A DNA stretch of 64,000 bases, from assembly GCA_030390025.1 (NCBI GenBank), contig JASTWF010000595.1:124001-188000 (forward strand). Reading direction: 5' to 3'. The DNA is from Squalus acanthias (lineage: Eukaryota). The position numbers and the translations under genes are program-made. Positions 38,895-51,346 of the stretch are shown here, one piece after another; the stretch's first letter is position 1, and every line of letters begins with the position of its first letter. The notes below the pieces were generated by a model. That model searched no databases. It saw only the letters and a list, made by a program, of their open reading frames with translations, and had not been told where the DNA came from.

Positions 38895-39855
38895 AACTGT
38901 TGTAAATGACTTGGGTGAAGGAATAGAGAGCCATATATCTAAGTCTGCTGACAACACTAAGTTAGATGCCACAATAAACAGTGTGGATGGGAGCAGAAAG
39001 TTGCAAAGGGTCACTGATAGATTAAGTGAGTGGGCAAAACCGTGGCAGATGGAGTTCAATGTGGAAAAGTATGAGGTCATCCATTTTGGACCTAAGAAAG
39101 ATAGATCAGAGCGTTTTCTAAATGGTGAGAAGCTGGGAACTGTGGATGAGCAGAGAGATTTAGGGGCCCAAGTACAGAAATTACTAAAAGCTGGTGGACA
39201 GGTACAAAAAGTAATTAAAAAGACTAATGGAATGTTGGCCTTTATCTAAAGGGGCTGGAATACAAAGGGCTGGAAGTTATGTTACAGCTGTAGAGCTCGG
39301 GTTAGACCCCAGCTGGAGTACAGCATTCAGTTCTGGGCACCGCACCTCAGGAAGGATATATTGACCTTGGAGGGGGTGCAGCACAGATTAACCAGAATTA
39401 TACCGGGGCTAAAAGGGTTAAATTATGAGGACAGGTTGCATGGACTAGGCTTGTATTCCCTTGAATATAGAAGATTAAGGGGTGATCGAATTGAGGTGTT
39501 TAAGATGATTAAAAAGAGTTGATAGGGTAGATAGAGAGAAACAATTTCCTCTGGTGAGGATGTCCAGAACAAGGGGGCATAACTTTAAAATTAGAGTTAG
39601 GCCATTCAGGGGTGCTGTCAGAAAGCATTACTTCACACAAAGAAATCTGGTGGAAATCTGGAACTCTCCCTCAAAAAGCTGTGGAGGCTGGGGGGTCAAT
39701 TGAAAAATTAAAAACTGAGATTGATAGATTTTTGTTTGGTAAAGGTATTAAGGGTTATGGAACCAAGGCTGGCAAATGGAGTTAAGATACAGATCAGCCA
39801 TGATCTAATTGAATGGCAGAGCAGGCTTGAAGGTTTGAATGGCTTACTCCTACTT
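38895..39855 (+). mobile_element. CR1 3' fragment
   Basis: ISKSADNTKL (degenerate FADD), WQMEFNVEK, CR1 3' UTR. Confidence 0.9.
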
Positions 39856-41224
39856 ACTACATCGCTAGGTTAAGATATTATCCTTGAACACCATGATGAC
39901 TATTTTAAGGTTGCCATTATATCTGTAGCTCATACATAAAATATGTCACAATGTCATCCAGATTCAATAATCACTTGCCGAAGCCAATCAGTTAGCATGG
40001 GTTTAGTCACATTATAACAGGTTTTATGGCACCTTCACACCCCAGAATAATAGGAGAGCTTAAAATAGGGACATTACCTTTCCTGAGTAGAAATTACACT
40101 GATAATGGTAGTGAAAAGGTGCAGCAGAGCTGACTCATTCTACTTTTGTACAGTGATGAGAGATGAAGTGATACCATCACATTTATAAGCAATGGAGTGA
40201 AGCCCTTGATGTATAACTGCACACCTCTGAGTAATGAGTGCTTCACTTACTTAGTTCTAAGTATCCTAAAATAGCTTTGGTGCCAAGCTTTTTACTTTCT
40301 TTGCCCTGTGGCTTTTAGGCAAATAGCCAACAGATCCAATTCCAAAATTGAGCTAAAAGCTTAATAAAGTGAAGTAACAGCAGTCAGCAGCTTTAAGGCT
40401 TTTTAACACCTCTTATCATATGCTGTGCAATTAAATTTAGTGCAAGAGTTGTCACAGCTCCAGGCTTCTTTTCTTACCAGAACACCACGAGCTGTGAAAT
40501 ATGTAGAAAGATTTAAGTTTACTCGGTAATGGACTATTAATGAAAACTGCAAATTCGGGATATTGCAGAGTGGCTACTTGCACTGTGCAATGTTGAATAC
40601 ACGTTAGCAGCTTGCAAGTTTGGAAGGATACCTGAAATGGCAAATTGGGCTCCAAGATAAAATTGATCCTGAGGGGATAATCTAAATCTGAATGACAGTG
40701 TCATGAAAATAAAGCAATTCTAGCGCTGCACCGCATTCTGCAGCTTACCTCGATCCATGAGTTATTTGGTTCCCGTACAAGATAGTTGCCTCTTTTGCAG
40801 CCTTTATATGTAGTTGAAGGAGAAAGAAAGCCGAGGGAGATTGTCACCTATCTAGTAGGAAATAGCCTCAATAGAGTAGCATACTTCCCTTCCATAGATG
40901 CCCATCATTTTGGGTGTCCACATACATTTGAAGCTATTTCAATGGCATTGGTTATGGAGGCTGTCTAGAATTGTCTGGGACAAGAGGTTGTGCTGGTTGA
41001 ACAGACAACAGGACTTAGTAATAACTTTTCCATTTTTGAGAGTGTCTGGATTGCCCAGGCAGTTCCAAAATTCTAAATTCACTATTGGTGGACTGTAGAT
41101 ACAAGTGGATACCCTGAATGGAGAGCTATTCCGAATCAGATTTTTAAAAAAAAGCAAATGCTGGAAATATGAAATAAACACAGAAAATATTGGGAATATG
41201 TAGCAGAAGCATCTGAAAAGGGAA

Positions 41225-41700
41225 AAGTTAGGGGTGTTAGAACTTAGATGAAATTTAATGCAGACAGGTGTATAGTAATGCATGTAGGGAGGAAAATGGG
41301 CAAGGCAACTTCATGAATGGTGTTGAAATAGCCAAGGACGAATCTGAAAGAGACCAAGGAGTCTTAATAGACTCAATGCTAAACATGTCCAGCCAATGCT
41401 AAACATGTCCAGCAATGCAAGGCAGCAATCAACACAGCCAATCGAATGTCGAACTACAAAGCCAAAACGGTAGAATACAAGTCAAAGGAAGTCGTGATCA
41501 AACCACACAGTCCTCTGGTCAGACCACACCTTCAGTTCTGCGTCCAGCTCAGGTTGCCAAGACACAAGTGCTGCTGGCAGTGTAGAGAAGAGTCAAGAGG
41601 CTGGTCCCTCGAGCTAAAAGTCTGAGTATTAAAGGAAAGACGAGAAACTTAGGCTTTTCAGCCGTGAAATGAGGCATCGGAGAAGTGATCTGTAGAGCTT
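41225..41700 (+). mobile_element. Old CR1 fragment
   Basis: Degenerate MKFN...ERDLGV and LVRPHL remnants. Confidence 0.6.
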
Positions 41701-42117
41701 GCTGGAGAGTATATATTCTGTTTTTGCAGCTTTTTACCGAAACCAAAGCAGAAGACTAATGCAAGAATTATGGCTAGGATAAAGCGTAGCAATATGGATG
41801 AAGATAGTTAGCCTAAGAAAGCATACAGGAAGTAGAAATTTAACATTTTAAATAGCTTACTTTACCAGCTGTGCAGGAGGTAGTTTGACAGAGACATGAG
41901 TAATGAAAGATAGTTGACCACTGTCTAAAGGGATAATAATTTTAGACAATGGAACAGGATCTGATAAGGATGAGGCCCCTATGGTTGTGTGTGTACAGCA
42001 ATCTGTTCGATGGCCTAAGGGAAAACCAATGACCTATGGGTTACAAGCTAACACTTGATTACATGTGAATTATACAAGTCACAAATGTGACCATATATGG
42101 AAAGAAAGAAAGAAAGA

Positions 42118-42545
42118 CTGGCATTTATATAGCGCCTTTCACATCCACCGGACGTCCCAAAGCACTTTACAACCAATAAAGTACTTTTGAAGTGTAGTCA
42201 CAGTTGTAATGTAGGAAACGCAGCAGCCAATTAGCACACAGCAAGCTCCCACAAACAGCAATGTGATAATGACCAGATAATCTGTTTTAGTGATGTTGAA
42301 TGAGGGATAAATATTGGCCAGGACACCGGGGAAAACTCCCCTGCTCTTCTTCAAAATAATGCCATGGGATCTTTTACGTCCACCTGAGAGAGGGTTTAAA
42401 GTTTCATCCGACAGTGCAGCACTCCCTCAGCACTGCACTGGAGTGTCAGCCTGGATTGTTGTGCTCAAGTCTCTGGAGTGAGATTTGAATCCACAACCTT
42501 CTGACTCAGAGGCGAGGGTGCTACCAACTGAGCCACGGCTGGCAC
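42118..42545 (-). mobile_element. tRNA/Deu-type SINE
   Basis: Colinear with 3655-4088; preceded by a (GAAA)n tail. Confidence 0.88.
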
Positions 42546-43816
42546 TGAAGGCAATGACATGACTATAAAGAGGGGAAAGAGCTCTTGCTATTTGTCACTT
42601 TGGGAGAACAGGAGACAGCATCTGAACTCAGCCGAGTGTCTCAAGCGCGAGTATGCAGTCAACTGCTTAAATGCTCCTTGTGTTAGAATAGGTCTGATAA
42701 ACTCTTGTTAACTGTGTATTACTGTAGTGTTTAATTTACGTTCACATGGAGTTTTGACAAATAAAATAACATGTTGAACTGACATATCATGAGTTAATTA
42801 GAACCAGAACTTAACAGAGCTCTACAAGATAGTTAAGGCAATGGAAAAGGTAAATCCAGAATATTCATTTAAAATCAAATTGCAAGAGTAGGTCATGGGG
42901 ACACAGGTTCAAAAAGACAAACTTAGAACTGGCATCAGGAATTTCTTCTTCATTCACAGAGTAATCAATGTATGGTGTAGACTTCCAAAAAGAATAGTGA
43001 AGGCAAAAAGAATTGGAAGCTGTAATGGAGGAAGTTAAGGGTGGATGAATTAAGGTCGGCCAAATGGCCTTCCTCATCCGTAATTATTGTGACCTTGTGA
43101 ACTGGTTTTGAAGAAGGGTCTCTCGTGGATACAGTAGATTAATTATTTTATTTTCAGATGCTGACGGAGCTGCCATGTATTTCCTGCAATTTCTGGCCTG
43201 AGTGAACTCATTTTAATCTTCCATTTCACAATCGCAGCTAATTCCAGGGGCAAACTTTGGGAGTTTTTCATTCCAAAATCTGACTGACTATCCAATAATA
43301 TTTTAACTCCACACCATTTAAGCTTGACCAGCTCCTTTAATTCTGCTCCATGTTCACACAACAAATGCAGATGTGCAGCCCAAAGACCAGTGAAGCATTT
43401 GATTTCAGTGGTGTACTTTACCAGTACTCGCATTCTATTGAGGTCAACTATTCTAATGCAAATTGGACAATTCGATTCACATGAGTGTTCCTGTTATCAG
43501 GCCTCTCATCCTACACATGTTGCACCAGGCGTCAGTCAGACCTGGCAGTACAGATTATACTCGAATACTGGACAGACGCAGCATAATTCTTTTGTGTTTG
43601 CTATTCCTGTCAAAATGCTAGTGGACTTCAATTTAGAAAAATCACAAATATTGCAAAACAACAATTGGACTTCAACAGCCAATATTTGTTGTGTCAGCCA
43701 ATGCAGCATATGAAAGTTTTGCTGCAGTTTCTCCCAAAAGCTTTTGAGATGCCATATATCTCTTTACAGAATGAGAAAGAGTATTTTTTACTGTTTGAAT
43801 AATCATTTAACAGGAC

Positions 43817-44752
43817 CTTTTGAAGAGGTGACTAAAGTAGTGGACAGGGGAATGTCTATGGATGTTATTTATATGGACTTCCAGAAGGCATTCGATAAAG
43901 TCTCACATAAGAGACTGTTAGCTAAAGTTGAAGCTCATGGAATTGAAGGCAAATTATTGACCTGGGTAGGAAATTGGCTGAGCGGCAGGAGACAGAGATT
44001 AGGGATAATGGGCAGGTACTCTAATTGGCAGGATGTGAATAATGCCGTTCCACAGGGATCTGTGTTGCGGCCTCAACTATTCACTGTATTTATTAACGAC
44101 TTGGATGATGGGATGGAGAGCCACATATCCAAGTTTGCCGATGACACAAAGATAGGCGCATTGTAAGCAGTAGATGGAAGCATAAAATTACAAAGAGATA
44201 CTGATAGATTAGATAAATGAGCAAAACTGTGGCAAATAGAATTCAATATAGGCAACTGTGAGATGATCCACTTTAGACCTAAATGATAGATCAGAGTACT
44301 TTTAAATGGTGAAAAGCTAAAAACAGTGGAGGTCCAAAGAGATTTTGAGGTTGTTAGTTTATACCTTAATGTGTATAAGCTAACAAGGTCCATGTACATA
44401 GATCATTAAAATGTCATGGACAGGTACAGAAAATAATCAAAAAGGCTAATGGAATGCTGGCCTTTATATCTAGAGGACTAGAATACAAGAGAGTAGAAGT
44501 TATGCTACAGTTATACAAAGCCCTAGTTAGACCACACCTGGAGTACTGTGTTCAGTTCTGAGCATCACATGTTAGGAAGGATACCTTGGCCTTGGAGGGA
44601 GGGCAGCGTAGATTTACCAGAATGATACCCGGACTCCAAGGGTTAAATTATGAGGAGAGATTACACAAACTAGGGCTGTATTTTCTGGAATTTAGAAGGT
44701 TAAGGGGTGATTTGATCGAAGTTTTCAAGATATTAAGGGGACTTGATAAGGT
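43817..44752 (+). mobile_element. CR1 RT fragment
   Basis: DVIYMDFQKAFDKV, PQGSVL, FADDTK, LRGDLIEVFK; multiple stops. Confidence 0.92.
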
Positions 44753-45826
44753 ATATCATAGAATCATAGAAATTTACGGCACAGAAGGAGGCCATTTAAG
44801 CCATCAGGCTCGATTTTAATAGCCCTGAGGAGGTGGGTTTGGTCGCGGGTCTGTTGGGAAAATCGGGAAAAATGGTTTCAGACACCCAACCCGCCTCCAT
44901 CCCGCCCCCACCCGATTTTCGTAAGTGTCTGTTTAGCCGCTCCCAAACTGACCCGTCTGGAACCAGTGGGACAGGTAGTTAAGGCAGTTAATAGGCTGTT
45001 AACTGCCTTGCTTATCCTATTTTCATGGTGGTTTCCCATTTTCCTGCTTCTGGCTCCTGTTTCGCGACTTGTCAGAAACAAGCCAGGTTCAAGGAGACGA
45101 GTTGCTGGAGGACATGATTTGTATGCCTTGGTGGAGCGTTTTAAAAGTGCCCCTGAAACATGGCTGACATTCAAATGCAACAACCTTGCTGTTGTAGGTA
45201 TGGGGTAACATTTTGCACATCTACTGACCTTGTGACTGTTCAAGCTGACACCCATCTGCAGTGTGACATGAACGAAATAATTTCAGGCCACTTTGACTGC
45301 GCGCTTGCAAGATTGTTACCTGAAATGAAATCAATAGTAAGGGAATGGGAAACATTTATGTCCTCTCATCCTGGTCCTCATAATTGGGGGAGTAGCAGCC
45401 GCGTGGCTCAGCGCAGATCTTCCTGGGAAGAGGAGTAGGAGGAGGACGAGGGGCGCCTTGCATGCCCTGTTGTAGCAATGCAGCATCCCTCCAGTTCACT
45501 GCTGCCCGTCAAGCAGGGTATGCACACGGCCATGCCATATTAGCATAAGCTTACTCTTCAACCATAGGTGGCCACCATATGGCTCTGTAATTGCAGGTGA
45601 CACTTGTCCAATGTCATACTTCATCTCTGCTATACCCTGTTATTTCTTATCACTTTTACCATCAGCATTACAAATGCAAGTCGCCCTGAGCCCTCAATGC
45701 GCTTTTGCCATTTCCCATAACACATAGGCCACACAATCAACTGTTTGACATAATTTATCTTTAACACATGACAAAAGGATTATATACCAGCAAGAGTCAG
45801 AAAAAAATAAACATCACCCCTTGTGA

Positions 45827-47935
45827 CTATAGGTGCTTAATCTTTCTCTTACACGTGCTTCTACGTGGTGCTTCCCCTGTGGCTTCAGCAGATGTAGAGG
45901 CACCTTGCTGACTAGGATGCTGCGCCTGCTTAGACACCTTTGGCGGGCGTCCTCTGGATTTGGGAGCCTGGGAGGGCTTTTCAACAGTCTGCTCTTCCTG
46001 CGGCTGTGCAGGAGCTGAAACTATCATCTCAGTTGTCTTTGCAAAGTGGGTCTCTGACCGAGGGCTCCACAGTGGCAGGTTGTGTGAGCGCTTTGAGAGG
46101 AGCCCACACTTCCTTCTGTCCTGCCAACAACATCCCTCTCATGGGTCAGCCGCACCTCAGTGCTGGCAAGTGGCTGGAGAGCACCTTGTTGCACTTCAGG
46201 GGGACCATGAGGACCCGTATCTGCACTGGCAGTCCTCATCAAAAGGACGTCCATGAAGCTCTGGTCTCTCTGCTCAATAGCTGCCCATCGCTCCTCCAGA
46301 GATGTCATTCTATTCTGAACAGTCACCATGTTTTCCTGACTCTGGTGACTTATTTCCTCCATGGCCGTAGCCAGCCGTTCCACGGAGGTTGCCATCCTTT
46401 CCACGGTGGTTGCCATCCTATCCATGGTGGTGAGTTCATGAGCCATTGCCTCCACCATGGCAGTGCTGATGTTAGAGATGGACTCCTCCATTCTCTCCAC
46501 ACTCGCACTCACCCTGGAGGCAAACCCTTCCAGAGACACCTGCACTCGTTCCTGTATTTCACGAACCGCTCTTTTTCTGGATGGCTCCAGAGGCACAGCG
46601 TCTGCATGCAGCTCAGCAGAGCTAGGAGAGTCCTGCGACCTCCGCCGAGAACTCTCCACCGCTGTTGCTGTCTCCACCATCTGCTGATGCTCACTTGTGC
46701 GCTGTGATAGACCAGGTGGCAACACTACTCTAACTCGCGAGGGCCCCACCGAGGTGTGCGTTGCTGCGCTGGTGCTGGGTGCGCTGAGTCCTGGTGATGC
46801 TGCTCCCTCAGAGGCTGCAGGTTCCTCTGAGGAGATGTCCGGGTCTTCGTCCTGGATCATGGGGAGGGGGGGGGGTGTCAATGGTTCTGTGGGAGAGTAA
46901 ACTCTTAAATTAGACATCTGGGGGGAAAAATTCGGTTGCTTTGCACCTCGTTAGCTTCCAGTAGCGCCACGCTTCCCTCTTGGGACGCTACCACTCAATT
47001 TCGGCCGCGGGGCCACTAATTTTTCCGGTGCGCTAAAAGTAGCGCCCCGGCGAAGTTAGCGCCTCAAAGGGGGCGCGACTCAATTTCTCCCCCCTGATAT
47101 TGATGTAGCAGACACATCCTTTTGAGCAGATGATACAAAGCGATTCTCGAGGAACATCATATTCCATTGCTTTCTGAGAGGGATGAAACTCTAGTGTGCC
47201 CGTCTCTCCATCACCCACTTCCAGGTCCTCGCCACCTCCAACAATCTCGTTTGCTCCCTCCTCAGCACTGGTCAATGTTGCAAGGGTAGGTGTTCCTCCT
47301 CCAGTCATTGCTGTCTCCCTCTTATTGTGGGCTATCTTTTCCTGCAAGGAGGGACACAAGCGGTGTTTCAGCCACAGTGATGGAGTGAGGGTCAATAATA
47401 CCTACCATAGAAGCTTTGAGGGAGATGAAGATGGGGTAAGGTGCCAAGAGGAAGGTAGCTCCCTGTGCGTTGTTCATTGTCATCACTGCATGACAGTGAG
47501 AGCGAGTCTAAAGGGTGCATAGGCAGGATGCTGAGTTGATTCAGTGCTGAGACAGAGATGGATAGGAAAGGGTGCAAGGGAAGTAAGAGTAAGGTGGAAT
47601 ATGAAGGAGGAGGCTTACAACGCAGAGTGCTGGTGATGAGAAGGGAAGCAGAGTGAAGGCAAGCAGAGTGAAGGCAACTGAGATCGGATACTCACTTTTG
47701 ATGTTCTCACAAGATCATTAAACCTTTTGCGGCACTGGATCCATGACCGTGCATAAATGGACCTTGCACTCACCTCCTGAGCAATGCGCAGCCAGGCTGC
47801 CTTGGTCTGCTGACGAGGCTTCCACCGGCCATCAGGAAGGAAGAGAATCTCCCTGCGCCCTCTGACAGCATCCACAAGAACATGGAGGGACTCATCATTA
47901 AAACGAGGAGCTGCCTTGCCTCTGGAAGAAGTCAT
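45827..47935 (-). pseudogene. Harbinger D Myb/SANT-like gene, three exons, nearly intact
   Basis: Exon 1 47935-47696 (AAPRFNDESLHVLV...WIQCRKRFNDL, donor GTGAGT); exon 2 from 47341 (EKIAHNKRETAMTGGG; donor not identified); exon 3 from 46886 with coiled coil, one frameshift, then RGRPPK and basic tail. Confidence 0.85.
46921..47093 (+). mobile_element. Minimal 173-bp Harbinger MITE in intron 2 of element D
   Basis: TIR GGGGGAAAAATT / AATTTCTCCCCC, TSD CTG; ends match 26527-27233. Confidence 0.9.
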
Positions 47936-49952
47936 AGCGTTTAAATCAAGTCCAGGAATCCACAATGGAAAGGCTCAGGCTGGATGGCAGCTTTAAAAGC
48001 AGCTGCTATTATGACATCATCAGAGATGGCCAGCCGACCCGATCCCACTCATTGGACCGGCCAGCGCGCCTCCATGAAATTAACAAGGTACTTTAATAAA
48101 AATCGCAACTCTGCAGCTGTTCCCGCCAGAAGTGGCTCCCGAACCCGCCCACCACGCAACCCGACTCCAACCCGCCTCGGGAATTAAAATCGAGCCCATC
48201 GTGTCTGTGCCAGCCGAAAAAGAGCAATCCAGCCTAATCACATTTCCAGCTCTTGGTCCATAGCCTCGTAGGTTACAGCCACTTCAAGTGCATATCCAAG
48301 TACTTTTTAAATGTGATGAGGGTTTCTGCCTCTACCACCCTTTCAGGCAGTGAGTTCCAGACCCCCATCATCCTCTGGGTGAAAAAAGTTCTCCTCAACT
48401 CCCCATTAATCCTTCTACCAATTACTTTAAATCTATGCCCCCTGGTTGATGACCTCTCTACTAAGGGAAATAGGTCCTTCCTATCCACTCTATCTAGGCC
48501 CCTCATAATTTTATAGACCTCAATCAAGTCTGCCCTCAGCCTCCTCTGATCCAAAGAAAACAACCCCAGCCTATCCAATCTTTCCTCATCGCTAAAATTC
48601 TCCAGTCCTGGCAACATCCTCGTAAAATCTCCTCTGTACCCTCTCTAGTGCATTCATATCTTTCCTGTAATGTGGTGACCAGAACTGTATGCAATACTCT
48701 AGCTGTGGCCTAACTAGTGTTTTATACAGTTCAAGCATAACCTCCCTGCCTCGGCTAATAAAGTAAAGTATCCCGTACGCCTTCTTAACCACCTTATCTA
48801 CCTGTCCTGCTGCCTTCAGGGATCTGTGGACATGCACTCCAAGGTCCCTCTGTTCCTCTACACTTCTCAGTATCCTACCATTTATTGTGTATTCCCAAAA
48901 AATTCAATCAAGTTAGTCAGACACGACCTTCTCTTAACAAATCAATGCTGACTGTCCTTGATTAATCTGTGCCTTTCTAAATGATGATTAATACTGTCCC
49001 TCAGAATTTTTTCCAATAATTTGCCCAACACTGAGGTTAAGCTGACTGGCCTGTAATTACTCGGTCTATTCCTTTCTCCCTTTTTAAACAACAATACAAC
49101 GTGAGCCGTCCTCCAGTCCTCCGGCACCACACCTGTAGCCAGAGAGGATTGGAAAATGATGGTCAGGGCCTCTGCTATTTCCTCCCTTGCTTCTCTTAAT
49201 GGCCTGGGATACATTTCATCCGGGCCTGGGGATTTATCCACTTTCAAAGATGCTAAACCCCTTAATACTTCCTCTCTCACTATGTTTATCTCATCTAATT
49301 TGTCAAAACTCCACAGCATGCAGGGAAACCCGTACCATATTTGACACTGATTAGCTTAATGGCAGTGTTTAGAGGGAAATTGAGCCCCACTGACGTCTAG
49401 TGACTGTATTCATAGGGATGTTTTGGTCAATATTTTTCAGAGCTCTGAAAAAGTACCAGAGGATTGGAAGCTAGGAAATGAGGTTCTAATATTCAAGAAA
49501 GAAGTAAAGTGTGAACTTGGATATATATGAAGACAAAGAATGGGAGATAAGAAAAAAAAGAGAAAAACAAGAAGTGAATGGACAGAGATTTGCATAAACA
49601 GAAAACCATAATTTCTTTTGTTCATAAGCAATGCCAGAAGAGATCCACTGGTGATTTTTAAACATTAGTTATACTGCGCTACACCACAGCTCACAAAAAA
49701 AAGCCTTGCATTTATATAGCGCCTTTCACAACCTCAGGACGTCGCAACGTGCTTTACAACCAATGAGGTACTCTTGAAGTATAGTCACTGTTGTAATGTA
49801 GAAAACACAGCAACCAATTCGCACACAGCAAGGTCCTTCAAATAGCAATGTGACAAAGACCAGATAATCTGTTTTAGTGATGTTGGTTGAGGGTAAATAT
49901 TGGCCAGGACACCAGGGATAACTCCCCAGTTCTTCTTCATAATAGTGCCATG

Positions 49953-50109
49953 CAATGTTCCCCTTAATCTTTTTTGGGTGAGCGGTCCCTTTAAGGGCCT
50001 GCGCAGCCCATTCACAGTTTTACGCATGAAAAAGTCGGAGCCGGTGCCGGCTGAGTGGGACCGGCAGAACTGCGTGACCACATGGCCGGGTAGCTTAGAG
50101 GGAACGTTG
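49953..50109. mobile_element. 157-bp hAT-like MITE
   Basis: TIR CAATGTTCCCCTTAA / TTAGAGGGAACGTTG; 8-bp TSD GTGCCATG (49945-49952) / GTGTCATG (56141-56148). Confidence 0.8.
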
Positions 50110-50190
50110 TGTAAGATTCTGAAAATTGTAATAAAACCGCTACTACCGTGTGGAGATCGAAGTTCAGAATGAATTGTGAAACGGTTACAG

Positions 50191-51326
50191 TGTTGAGGCT
50201 GCCGCGAAACACGAATGGAGGCTGAATCCATATGTGGAAAACAAGAAACTTTAATTCACTGCATGGCACACAAAATGGCTGAGAAAGCTGCTCCCAGAAT
50301 TCTCTGGAAAAACCCTGAAGCCCCGCCCACTCCTGTCTTAAAGGTAAGGGGGTAAAAATTCACTTGGTTGCGCCTCCCGTTAGCGCCTTAAGAGGGCGCT
50401 AATGGGGCGCAAAGCCGCTAACGCCCGGGCGCAGCGATGTTTGCGCCGCTCGAGAACTTAACTTGAGATTGTGCGGCGGCGCTAAAACTTACCGCTGCGA
50501 CCACCTGCGCGTGCAGATTATGACGTCATTCCATGGTGCAACGCCCTTGGGGCGCCCCGGAGCGGAAATTGAGTGGCGCCCCCTGCCTTACCGCCTGGCG
50601 CATCCAACGACCAGAAGACTGGAACGCTATCAATCGCTGTGGGGCTGGGGGGGGCGCTATTTAAAGGGGGCCTCTTCGTGTCTTTTATTGTTGGTGGCAT
50701 TTTTGAACTACGCATTCTGAGAGAGAGAGGGAGAGACTTCTGGAGAGATTCAACGTTGTGTGAAGGAGTTTTGGGTACTGAGCAGCACTTTGCAGGTTCA
50801 TTTTGATTTGCCATTCCTTGTATCGATTTAGCAGAGACTGTGGGAGCTGCACTCTGAGCTCTTTGCCTGGTACTCTCCATTGTTCTTTCCAGCACATTTG
50901 ATGTGCAAGTCTCTCCAGGCCGAGATTCAAGGCTGCAATGAACAGGATGTGGATGGAAAACAAGATTAACCATCCCCTTTAAGAACTGGCCCGTGCCATT
51001 GTGTGTGTGTTCCATTGCTGACTGACATTACATGAGCTTCGCCAGCGCTCTGAGTTAGCGCCTCACTCCTTGGCCTTTGCGCCTTAAGACAGGTGTGCAG
51101 CGCCTGCTTTAGCGCTCCACTCACCTCCCGGGGCGGTAAAAGTGAAGTTTCCTGTCAGTGCCGATAATTAGCGCCAGCTGCTAATATTTGCGTCCAGACG
51201 ATATTTGCGCCCCAAATGGGGCGCGACCTAATTTCTACCCCAAGGTGCCTTAAAGGGAAGGTTCACCGATATATTGTCAACAGACGGAAAAGTGGGTTAC
51301 GCCCGTTTAGGTGGCGATCCGCCACA
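50191..51326 (-). repeat. 3' LTR (240 bp once the MITE and one TSD are removed)
   Basis: 5 substitutions relative to 55192-55431 by manual comparison; preceded on minus strand by PPT GGGGGGAG (~51330-51337). Confidence 0.95.
50349..51241 (-). mobile_element. Harbinger MITE M893 (893 bp) inserted in the 3' LTR
   Basis: Reverse complement of 32502-33395; TSD AAG; the empty site is visible in the 5' LTR (AAAGGTAAGGTACC). Confidence 0.97.
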
Positions 51327-51346
51327 CAGCTCCCCCCAGAATCCGC

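Larger units (their letters stand above)
44806..48197 (-). mobile_element. PIF/Harbinger element D: Myb gene retained, transposase essentially absent
   Basis: 15-bp TIR AGGCTCGATTTTAAT / ATTAAAATCGAGCCC (1 mismatch), TSD ATC. Confidence 0.92.
44755..49300 (-). mobile_element. CR1 LINE (pieces 44755-44805 and 48198-49300) interrupted by Harbinger D
   Basis: ORFs 48942-49319 (KSPGPD, NYRPVSLTS), 48592-48837 and 48273-48617; 3' UTR rejoins across element D. Confidence 0.9.
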
